64,000 bases of DNA from NCBI GenBank assembly GCA_963760905.1, contig CAVXEQ010000005.1, positions 100,310 through 164,309 on the forward strand, given 5' to 3'. The translations under genes were made by a program, and so were the position numbers. Position 1 is the first letter of the stretch; every line of letters starts with the position of its first letter. This document shows, piece after piece, positions 56,531 through 64,000 of the stretch. The stretch comes from Candidatus Bathyarchaeota archaeon (GTDB lineage: Archaea > Thermoproteota > Bathyarchaeia > Bathyarchaeales > Bathycorpusculaceae). Below the pieces are notes generated by a model. That model was not told the DNA's origin. It did not search any database and saw only the letters and a list, made by a program, of their open reading frames with translations.

Positions 56531-57796
56531 TTGTCTAAGATAACAAAGATCGGTGCAAGGGAAATTCTTGATTCAAGAGGCAATCCAACCGTCGAAGTTG
56601 ATGTATTCACAAACAGAGGGTTGTCAAGGGCTTCTGTCCCTTCTGGTGCAAGTACAGGCAAATATGAAGCTTTTGAACTCAGGGATGGCGGGCGACGGTA
56701 TCTAGGAGAGGGTGTCTTGAAAGCTGTTAACAATGTTAACAATGTCATAGCAAAGAAGATCATTGGACAGGATTGCACTAAGCAGAGAGAGGCGGATGAG
56801 TTGATGATTGAGTTGGATGGCACTCCTAACAAGTCCAACTTAGGTGCCAATGCTATTCTCGCGGTCAGTATGGCCGTCTGCAAAGCAGGAGCATCGGAAA
56901 TGAACTTGCCTCTTTACGAATACGTTGCCGAGGTTTCTGATTCAAGAGGCGTGACTTTGCCCATTCCACAGATGAACGTGATCAACGGTGGTATGCACGC
57001 TGGTATAACAAATGATTTTCAAGAACATATGATCGTTCCATTCGGAGCTAAAACTTTCTCTGACGCTCTTAGAATGTGCTCAGAAACTTACCACACCTTA
57101 AAGAAAAACCTGAAAGAAAAATTTGGAAATTCAGCGATATTAGTCGGTGATGAAGGTGGTTTTGTGCCTCCTTTGAAAAGCGTCGATGAAAGGCTAAAAT
57201 TCATATCCGAAGCGATAGCAGAACTGGGCTACACCAAAGAATTCGGTCTGGCAATAGACGCTGCAGCATCAGAATTCTATGACAACGGGCGCTATAAGAT
57301 CATGGGAAACGAATACTCTTCTGAAGGATTAACGGAATTCTATTCTGAGATGAGTGAAAAATTCAGGATAATCTCAATCGAAGACGGCTTGAGCGAAGAT
57401 GACTGGGATGGTTGGATTAAGTTGAAATCCAAGCTGGGGGAAAAAATTCAGCTTGTCGGAGATGACCTTCTGGTTACTAACACTGAGAGAATTCGGAAAG
57501 CAATTAAATTAGATGCTTGCAATGCCTTGCTGCTTAAGCTCAATCAGATCGGAACAGTTACCGAAGCCTTAGACGCTTTTAAATCAGCCAGAGAAGCAGG
57601 GTGGAACGTTATTGTTTCTCACAGATCAGGAAGCACAGAAGAAACTTTCTTTGCGGATTTGGTTGTTGGCTTAGATGCTGGACAATTCAAGTATGGCGCG
57701 CCCGCAAGAAGTGAACGGACTTGTAATTATAATCAACTGCTGAGAATTGAAGAAGAATTAGGTGGAAAGGCGAAGTACTCAGAGATTTTTGGGTAA
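56531..57796 (+). CDS. eno: Enolase
   Basis: ILDSRGNPTVEVDV and SHRSGSTEETFFADL motifs. TTG start with AGGTGA upstream. Confidence 0.97.
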   Translation: MSKITKIGAREILDSRGNPTVEVDVFTNRGLSRASVPSGASTGKYEAFELRDGGRRYLGEGVLKAVNNVNNVIAKKIIGQDCTKQREADELMIELDGTPNKSNLGANAILAVSMAVCKAGASEMNLPLYEYVAEVSDSRGVTLPIPQMNVINGGMHAGITNDFQEHMIVPFGAKTFSDALRMCSETYHTLKKNLKEKFGNSAILVGDEGGFVPPLKSVDERLKFISEAIAELGYTKEFGLAIDAAASEFYDNGRYKIMGNEYSSEGLTEFYSEMSEKFRIISIEDGLSEDDWDGWIKLKSKLGEKIQLVGDDLLVTNTERIRKAIKLDACNALLLKLNQIGTVTEALDAFKSAREAGWNVIVSHRSGSTEETFFADLVVGLDAGQFKYGAPARSERTCNYNQLLRIEEELGGKAKYSEIFG

Positions 57797-57838
57797 TAGA
57801 TTGTGGAGATGCAATGGTTCCTCGAAATGGCAGAAAGG

Positions 57839-59107
57839 TTAGCTTGAGTTAAGTGCAATAAGTGATTTGTAAATATCTATTGTTTGTTCGGCGGCTTTTC
57901 TCCAAGTAAAATACTCAAGTACTCGTTTGCGACCGTTTTCGCCCCAGATTTTTGCTCTTTGCGGATCCTTAAGTACCTCTTTGATTCCCCACGCTATGTC
58001 GACTGGGTTTCCCCCATCTACGTGAACTCCGTTTTGTATAGGGCCGGCTGGCATGACTTGCTCGCGGAATCCAACCACTCCCTTGGCGCCTACCACTATG
58101 GGTTTTCCCATAGACATGGCTTCCAAGCTAACTATACCAAAAGGCTCATAAACAGAAGGGAAAACGCACAAATCAGCAGCTGCATAATGCAAAATTCTCT
58201 CTTCTTCAGGAACAAATTCGAGGCAGTACACCAAGTTTTTGCTTATTCCAAGTCGGTCAGCAAGTTCAGTAATATCTCGCTGCTCTTCGCCCTTTCCAAG
58301 TATCACCAGTTTTGCCTTTGGATATTCAGCTAAGACCAGAGGCATAGCTTGAACAAGGTTCCTAACACCTTTCACCCACGTCAAACGGCCTAGAAAAAGA
58401 ATCATGGTTTCATCGGAGGCTATTCCATATTTTTGCCTTAGCTTCTGCACATCCTCTGACTTGTCTTTCCGAGGAGCATATTTTTCTGGATCGACGCCGT
58501 TCCAAACCACGTGTATTTTTGATTCTGGCCAACCGTGCTTAGCTAAATCTTCTTTCATTGCGTGACTTACTGTTATTATTCCATCGGCCTTTTCCGCCAT
58601 CACTGACTCCAGATGGTTTACAGTAGCTGAGCCTTCTCCGCCACTTCGTCCCCACTCGGTTGAGTGCACGTGAAAAATTACTGGTATTTTCAATTCATTC
58701 TTGCAGATTATTCCCGCTATGCTACTCAACCAGTCGTTAATGGAAACAATGGCGTAATCGTAATTCTCCTGCTTAATGACAGTGTTTATCATTTCTGCAG
58801 CTGCCAACATATTGTACGCGAATATGTCGGTGAAGAATTTTATGTTTGTTCCCCAACGTTTAAGGTCGTCTGCCACAAACAATGGAAATACGTTGCTAGC
58901 TTCCAAGAGGAGTGGCCTATGAATATCAACACCGCCCAAAATTTCTCTTGTTTTCAGGTTTCCAGGGTTAACTGTGTAAACAGATACATCCCAGCCTAAG
59001 TCCACAAACTCCTTCGTCATGTACTCAGCGTAGGTCCCCAATCCACCGACTATTGCAGGTGGATATTCAATTACAAAAAACGCAATTCTCAAATAATTCA
59101 CCATCAT
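57839..59107 (-). CDS. GT4-family glycosyltransferase (glycogen-synthase-like)
   Basis: N-terminal GGLGTYAEY and C-terminal EPFGIVSLEAMSMGKPIV motifs. Confidence 0.85.
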   Translation of the reverse strand: MMVNYLRIAFFVIEYPPAIVGGLGTYAEYMTKEFVDLGWDVSVYTVNPGNLKTREILGGVDIHRPLLLEASNVFPLFVADDLKRWGTNIKFFTDIFAYNMLAAAEMINTVIKQENYDYAIVSINDWLSSIAGIICKNELKIPVIFHVHSTEWGRSGGEGSATVNHLESVMAEKADGIITVSHAMKEDLAKHGWPESKIHVVWNGVDPEKYAPRKDKSEDVQKLRQKYGIASDETMILFLGRLTWVKGVRNLVQAMPLVLAEYPKAKLVILGKGEEQRDITELADRLGISKNLVYCLEFVPEEERILHYAAADLCVFPSVYEPFGIVSLEAMSMGKPIVVGAKGVVGFREQVMPAGPIQNGVHVDGGNPVDIAWGIKEVLKDPQRAKIWGENGRKRVLEYFTWRKAAEQTIDIYKSLIALNSS

Positions 59108-59129
59108 AATTAAACATTTTTTTATTTCG

Positions 59130-60179
59130 CTATGTCACAAACGGACAAAATTTCAATGATTGCCCAGCAGCAATGCCGGTTGGTAAAACAACATTCTGCG
59201 TTTTCCCCGAAACGAAGGCAACTATGTTCTCCACTGTTGTTTCAAGTATTCTTTCTAGGGCTTCTTTGCTGTAGAAGGCTATGTGGGGAGTAAAAACGAC
59301 GTTGTCTTTGCTCAGCAGAATGTGATCCTTAACTAAGCTGGTTAAGACTTCGAGATTTTTAGGGTCATATAAAAGTTGCTTTTCCTCTTTTATAACTTCT
59401 TCACCTTCAAAGACGTCAAGTCCAGCTCCGGACAAAATTTTCTTGTCAAGGGCATCAATTAATGCTTCAGTATCCACGATGCTGCCTCTTGCAGTGTTTA
59501 TCAGAATGGCGCCTTTCTTTACAAGTTTGAATGTATCTTTGTTCATGAGGTGATGTGTAGCTTTCATGTATGGCACATGCAGCGTAATTACGTCCGATCT
59601 AGCTAAAAGGTCCTCCAGCGTAACATATTCAAACCCTAAGACCTCAGATAGGAGTTTGTTTTGGCGGACATCATAGGCTACAACGTTCATGCCAAAGCCC
59701 TTTGCAATTCTGATAACGTGCAAACCGATTTGACCAGTTCCGATGACGCCTATAGTTTTTCCTTTCAAATCGAACCCCTCTAAGCCCTCTATTGAGAAAT
59801 CCTGTTCAAAACGTCTAATACAAGACTTGCACATGTTTCTCGACAAGGACAGAATCAAAGCAAACGTGTGCTCGGCAACAGTGTTCTCCCCGTATGATGG
59901 AACATTGCAGATTGTGATCCCCTGTTTTTTACATTTTTCTATATCGATATGGTCAAAGCCGGTGGATCTTGTTGTTATTAATTTCAAATTTGGAATTTCC
60001 CGAATGATTTGTTCATCTATTTTAGAGTAGATGAAGACTGAAACGGCATCAAAATCTTTTATTTCTGAGGTTTTTTCCAAACTTAGTTTTTCATTTGAGA
60101 ACTTAAGTACGTGATTGGTCAGTTTCTTTTTGAGGTATTCTTCTTCCCAGTCTTCTACTTCGAAAAATGCTATTTTCAT
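59130..60179 (-). CDS. D-isomer-specific 2-hydroxyacid dehydrogenase (D-lactate dehydrogenase-like)
   Basis: GVIGTGQIGLHV NAD-binding motif and the catalytic region ...NTARG...TPHIAF. Confidence 0.9.
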   Translation of the reverse strand: MKIAFFEVEDWEEEYLKKKLTNHVLKFSNEKLSLEKTSEIKDFDAVSVFIYSKIDEQIIREIPNLKLITTRSTGFDHIDIEKCKKQGITICNVPSYGENTVAEHTFALILSLSRNMCKSCIRRFEQDFSIEGLEGFDLKGKTIGVIGTGQIGLHVIRIAKGFGMNVVAYDVRQNKLLSEVLGFEYVTLEDLLARSDVITLHVPYMKATHHLMNKDTFKLVKKGAILINTARGSIVDTEALIDALDKKILSGAGLDVFEGEEVIKEEKQLLYDPKNLEVLTSLVKDHILLSKDNVVFTPHIAFYSKEALERILETTVENIVAFVSGKTQNVVLPTGIAAGQSLKFCPFVT

Positions 60180-60261
60180 CTTTTCCCACTTACTTAATGT
60201 TGAAGATATTACATCTCGTTTTCAAGGGAAAGTGCACGTTATTATTTTGTCGAGAAGATAT

Positions 60262-60621
60262 TTAGGAATGTTGTTGTAATTGGGCAATACGATTTTGAAC
60301 TGTTTTGGAAAGCTCTATCCTCAAATTTTCACCTTGGTCAACTGCTTTAATCTGGTCAATTCTCTTGGCTAATTCTTCATCGCCAATAGTGTTTTTGAGC
60401 CATTTTTGAAAGTCTTGACGTTTAAAATGGAATGTTACGGATTGAATGGGTACTGTTTGAAGTTTTTGGGCAAACTCCACAGTGCTAGTTGCTGTAATTC
60501 CAGTGGATTTACCGAGTTCTGTGAAAAAATGAAAGCCGTTTTCAAATGGAACGATGTTGAGCAGGTTTAGATTTTTTTGTTTTCCTATAGGCTGCTTTTC
60601 GGTTATGGCTGTCTTGGACAA
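60262..60621 (-). CDS. Small hypothetical protein (possibly DUF5752-like)
   Basis: 119-aa ORF with a TTG start. The family assignment rests on recollection of FHF...F..WL-type small proteins next to glycosyltransferases and is unverified. Confidence 0.45.
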   Translation of the reverse strand: MSKTAITEKQPIGKQKNLNLLNIVPFENGFHFFTELGKSTGITATSTVEFAQKLQTVPIQSVTFHFKRQDFQKWLKNTIGDEELAKRIDQIKAVDQGENLRIELSKTVQNRIAQLQQHS

Positions 60622-60893
60622 AATATGTGCACGACCTGAAATAGAGAGTGATAGGTGTAGAGACTTATAACAAGTTGTGAGTGTGAGAGCACTGCTACAT
60701 TTTCAAGGTGAATCAGGAAGGAGTCGTTAAAATCATAATGAGCAAATCTGTATGAATTTTGGCGATACTTTCACTTTTAAGAATCTTGAAGGGTTTACTC
60801 TAACTGTTTCTTGAAGTACGAGTTCGCGTGCAGTGCAAATACTCGCCGTTAACCTTAACTTGGAATAAGCTGTATTCTATATGCAACGAGAAG

Positions 60894-62294
60894 ATGTTTT
60901 TGAAGAAAACAAAGATAATATGTACTCTCGGTCCAGCCAGCTTTTCAAAACAAGCGATTGAAAAAATGTTCCAAGCGGGCATGAACGGCGTAAGGATAAA
61001 CACCGCTTATGGGAATCTCGCTCAATACCAATCCGTTATAGAAACAGTTCGGGAAATTGCCGATATTCCCATAATTATTGACCTCAAGGGACCAGAAATC
61101 AGAATCAGGACAGTTCAACAAAAGGTCTTTAGCAAAGGAGACGTTTTGGAAATAGGCTTCGATGGAGAAGAAATCAGTTTCAATCATGATTTCTATGACG
61201 AAATGGGTGTTGAAGACGAAGTATACATTGACAATGGAAAAATTAGAACCCGAGTAGTTGAAAAGAAAGATCGAAAACTTCGGCTTCTGACTTTGAATAG
61301 CGGTTCCATTGAAAATGGAAAAGGCGTTAACATCCCCAATAAGCATCTTTCAGTTCCAACTTTTCCCGAGAAGGACTTGGAAATCATTCGGTTTGCAAAA
61401 AAACATGATGTCGAATACATCGCGCTTTCATTCACAAGAAATGCAGAAGACGTAAAAAACTTGTCTCAAACTAATAGTTTTGGAGGTGGAATAATCGCAA
61501 AGATTGAGAGCTCAGAGGGTGTTCAAAACGCCGAAGAGATTTTAGACGTCGCTAGTGGATTAATGGTTGCAAGAGGTGATTTGGCAGTTGAAATTGAACC
61601 TGAAAGGGTCCCTTTGGTTCAGAAATCCCTCATAAAATTATGCAATCAGAAAGGTAAGCTTGTTGTCACGGCAACAGAGATGCTTGAGTCTATGATTAAC
61701 CAGCCTAATCCAACAAGAGCTGAAGTAAGTGATGTTGCAAACGCTATCCTTGATGGGTCAGATGCCATTATGCTCTCAGGTGAAACAGCGGTAGGTCAGT
61801 ACTCTGTGGAATCCGTTGAGATGATGACTCGGATTGCGAATGAAACAGAGAAAGCCGTCAAAAGCAATGTTGAAGATAACGCGTTCATCAACATCTCGGA
61901 CACTGTAAGCCGGGCAATTCAGAGAATAAGCCAAAGCATGCCGATTCATAAAGTCATCACTTTAACTCGGTCAGGCTACACAGCAAAGATGATAGCTCGC
62001 TTCAAGATTTCACAGCTGATAATTGCTGTTACTCCTGAAATCAAGGTAAAAAACCAACTTGAACTTATATTCGGTGTGTACCCCGTTCTGATAAATTACC
62101 GTGAAGAAAAAGACAGGTTATTGACAGTTGCAAACAGACTTCATGAAATGCATCTGGTTGATGATGAAGAGACTGTCTTATTCACCGAGGGCGTCAGAAC
62201 CGCTATGGAACACGCCAGCAACTTAATAGAGATACATAAAATAAAAGAGTTAAGAGAATTTGCATCTTCCTCAGCGCTGACAACATTTTGGTGA
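60894..62294 (+). CDS. pyk: Pyruvate kinase
   Basis: KTKIICTLGPAS, MVARGDLAVEI and LSGETA motifs. The start is taken at the ATG at 60894. Confidence 0.95.
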   Translation: MFLKKTKIICTLGPASFSKQAIEKMFQAGMNGVRINTAYGNLAQYQSVIETVREIADIPIIIDLKGPEIRIRTVQQKVFSKGDVLEIGFDGEEISFNHDFYDEMGVEDEVYIDNGKIRTRVVEKKDRKLRLLTLNSGSIENGKGVNIPNKHLSVPTFPEKDLEIIRFAKKHDVEYIALSFTRNAEDVKNLSQTNSFGGGIIAKIESSEGVQNAEEILDVASGLMVARGDLAVEIEPERVPLVQKSLIKLCNQKGKLVVTATEMLESMINQPNPTRAEVSDVANAILDGSDAIMLSGETAVGQYSVESVEMMTRIANETEKAVKSNVEDNAFINISDTVSRAIQRISQSMPIHKVITLTRSGYTAKMIARFKISQLIIAVTPEIKVKNQLELIFGVYPVLINYREEKDRLLTVANRLHEMHLVDDEETVLFTEGVRTAMEHASNLIEIHKIKELREFASSSALTTFW

Positions 62295-62303
62295 AGATAG
62301 ATT

Positions 62304-62993
62304 ATGATTTGCAATCTGTTCGTCTTTAGACACGCTGAGACTACCGATAACAGCCATCAAATATTCTCAGGCTGGCGTGACCCAGACTTAACTCCAAAAG
62401 GACTTTTACAAGCCCAAGAGATCGCTCAACAACTAGAACAAGAAAAAATTGACTTTGCGTTTACATCGCACCTATTGAGAGCCAAAAGAACCCTTAATAT
62501 TGTCCTTAAATCGCATCTTAACGTTCCCGTTTTCATAGATGATCGCCTGATAGAGCGTTGTTATGGCACGTTGCAGGGGAAAAGTAAGATCGAGGTAGCA
62601 GCCGAAAAACCTGAGTGGTTTGCCAAGGTTCATCGAGGCTACGATTTTTCGCCTCCTGAAGGTGAAAGCCTCAAGATGGTTGAAAGTCGCACTTTGCCCT
62701 TTGTTATGCAGCTTGAAAGTTGGCTTAAACAGAATCCGGGTAATGTGGCTATCTCGTGCCATGGCAACTCGATGCGCCCGATTAGGCGAGTCTTTGAACA
62801 TTTAAGTCTAAAGCAGATGCTTCAGCTTGAGAACCCGCAGGATAAAGCGATGGAATATGCTCTACACATTCACCGAGTTAATGTTTCTGGTGTTGAAGCA
62901 CACATATTCGAACCAGATTGGAGCAGCATTATAATTCCGTCGTCTGTAAAGTTGGCAACGGACCCGCTAAACCCGTTGAAGAAATGTTATTAA
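62304..62993 (+). CDS. gpmA: Histidine-phosphatase family protein, cofactor-dependent phosphoglycerate mutase-like
   Basis: FRHAETTDN...FSGWRDPDLTPKGLLQA and SCHGNSMR motifs. Confidence 0.8.
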   Translation: MICNLFVFRHAETTDNSHQIFSGWRDPDLTPKGLLQAQEIAQQLEQEKIDFAFTSHLLRAKRTLNIVLKSHLNVPVFIDDRLIERCYGTLQGKSKIEVAAEKPEWFAKVHRGYDFSPPEGESLKMVESRTLPFVMQLESWLKQNPGNVAISCHGNSMRPIRRVFEHLSLKQMLQLENPQDKAMEYALHIHRVNVSGVEAHIFEPDWSSIIIPSSVKLATDPLNPLKKCY

Positions 62994-63223
62994 GTCCAGT
63001 TAAGCTCGCTGCACTGGGTTATTCTTTCGACGGTGGCATACTTTAAGAAAAGAAGGTTGCTGCACGTGCGTTTCTTCTATCAATTGACTGGTAGCTTCTG
63101 ATTTGATCGGTATAACAACAACAATTCGCTGCCCATCTGTTGTTGTTCTTTTGTTAATCGCAGGAGTTAAATTGGAAGAAGAAAAAATCGCTATTAGGGA
63201 AAAATCGATTTTTTCGTCTACCC

Positions 63224-63460
63224 TTGAAAGAATATAGCGCTGTGTACAGGCAATTGTATTCTTCAGTGAATAGTGGGTTTGTATTTTGTTTGAAAAAAGA
63301 AAAACGGGCTTCGCCGTTGGTCACGACCAAAGCCAAGAGTCAAGGTTTTGGCTTATATGTGGAAAAAGGGGTCACCGAAGCATTGGGTGGAACGGTCACG
63401 TTTGAAAGTGAGGTTGAGAAAAGGAACCAAATTCATAATCGAACTGCCAATTTGATTTAG
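63224..63460 (+). pseudogene. C-terminal relic of a sensor histidine kinase (HATPase_c G2 box), frameshifted
   Basis: ...SQGFGLYVEKGVTEALGGTVTFESEV is followed in the +1 frame by LRKGTKFIIELPI* (stop at 63453-63455). No upstream kinase core is present. Confidence 0.6.
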
Positions 63461-63787
63461 CAATATCTATCGAAAAAGAGAAGCCACACATAAATGCGCG
63501 TTCGCTTGTAAACAGGAGCAGGCTGCAAAAGCTAACGTTTAGCCGTTCAAAACAAAAGCACTTCTAAATCTGTGGCGTATTTGTGTTTTTTGCCTGCCCC
63601 AGCCAAAAGGGATTTCTATTTATTATTTAAGACCAATACAGACCTGCTTCTAAGATAAGTAAAGGCATATGGTTCTTGAAGATGAAATAAACAGAAGAAT
63701 GAAGCCTTAACTGTGATTGCATATTCACAGTCACATTTTGTTATTAACAATTGAATCAGATAAAACATAGTAAAGAAAGTGAAAAGC

Positions 63788-64000
63788 ATGACGGAAAAAA
63801 CGTTAATAGTTTATTCGACTAAAACTGGAATAAATTCAGATGCGGCGCATGCCATTGCTGAAGTGCTCGAAAACACGTATAATATGGATGTGACTGTTGC
63901 AGATCTCAAAGATGGTAAACCAGACATTGCACCCTTCCGAAACGTCATCGTTGGCGGTGGCGTAGATAACAAAAGCGTTTATGATGAAGCAGTAGATTTC
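63788..64000 (+). CDS. Flavodoxin-like protein, paralog of the N-terminus of 9956..10933 (partial, runs off the window)
   Basis: MTEKTLIVYSTKTGINSDAAHAIAEVLENTYNMDVTVADLKDGKPDIAPFRNVIVGGGV... is about 70% identical by eye to MTGKILIAYSTKSGINEAAAHAIADTLKTTYSMDVTVTDLRNGQPDIAPFQNIIVGGGV. Confidence 0.7.
   Translation, partial: MTEKTLIVYSTKTGINSDAAHAIAEVLENTYNMDVTVADLKDGKPDIAPFRNVIVGGGVDNKSVYDEAVDF

Overview
Archaeal chromosomal segment. Evidence for archaeal origin: Cbf5 and ribosomal protein L14e, a tRNA with an intron at the canonical 37/38 position, TrmB and Lrp/AsnC regulators, AT-rich TATA-like promoters about 25-35 nt upstream of many start codons, and GGTGA/GGAGG ribosome-binding sites. 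The lineage cannot be assigned from sequence alone. Gene density is high, with about 60 supported CDS. From left to right the content is: (1) A proteostasis cluster with Hsp20, ClpB and small unlisted ORFs. (2) A membrane and regulatory block: an LPG-synthase-TM-like protein with a tandem-repeat tail, TrmB, a flavodoxin fused to two DUF1508 domains, and a YdjM-like hydrolase. (3) An accessory region of about 13.5 kb (12.9-26.4 kb). It ends at an intron-containing tRNA-Ser(GGA) and holds at least five further direct, degenerate copies of that tRNA's 3' end. It carries Fur/PerR, a catalase N-terminal relic fused head-to-tail with a GC-rich katG, a frameshifted YVTN beta-propeller surface protein, VapBC and an ABC-2 exporter. 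No integrase is present. (4) Housekeeping genes: creatininase-family protein, methyltransferase, cbf5, rpl14e, Lrp and an M20 peptidase. (5) A compact seven-gene, single-strand operon. It joins a Bcr/Hgd/double-cubane-type ATP-dependent reductase module (one HGD-D subunit, two BcrAD/BadFG ATPases, a ferredoxin) to a NapH-like membrane Fe-S protein, a CcdA/DsbD-like protein and a 976-aa CARDB surface protein. This is my best candidate for an undescribed system. (6) A P-type ATPase, three Amt ammonium transporters without any PII/glnK gene, and an ArsB/NhaD-type permease, with shared promoter blocks and a TGAA-N6-TTCA palindrome. (7) A CBS x4 protein fused to an HPF-like domain, enolase, a GT4 glycosyltransferase, a D-2-hydroxyacid dehydrogenase, pyruvate kinase and a dPGM-type mutase. 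The window also holds many gene relics: an hsp20 3' end, DUF1801, catalase, the YVTN gene and a histidine kinase. All functional calls rest on motif recognition by eye; no database search was run.
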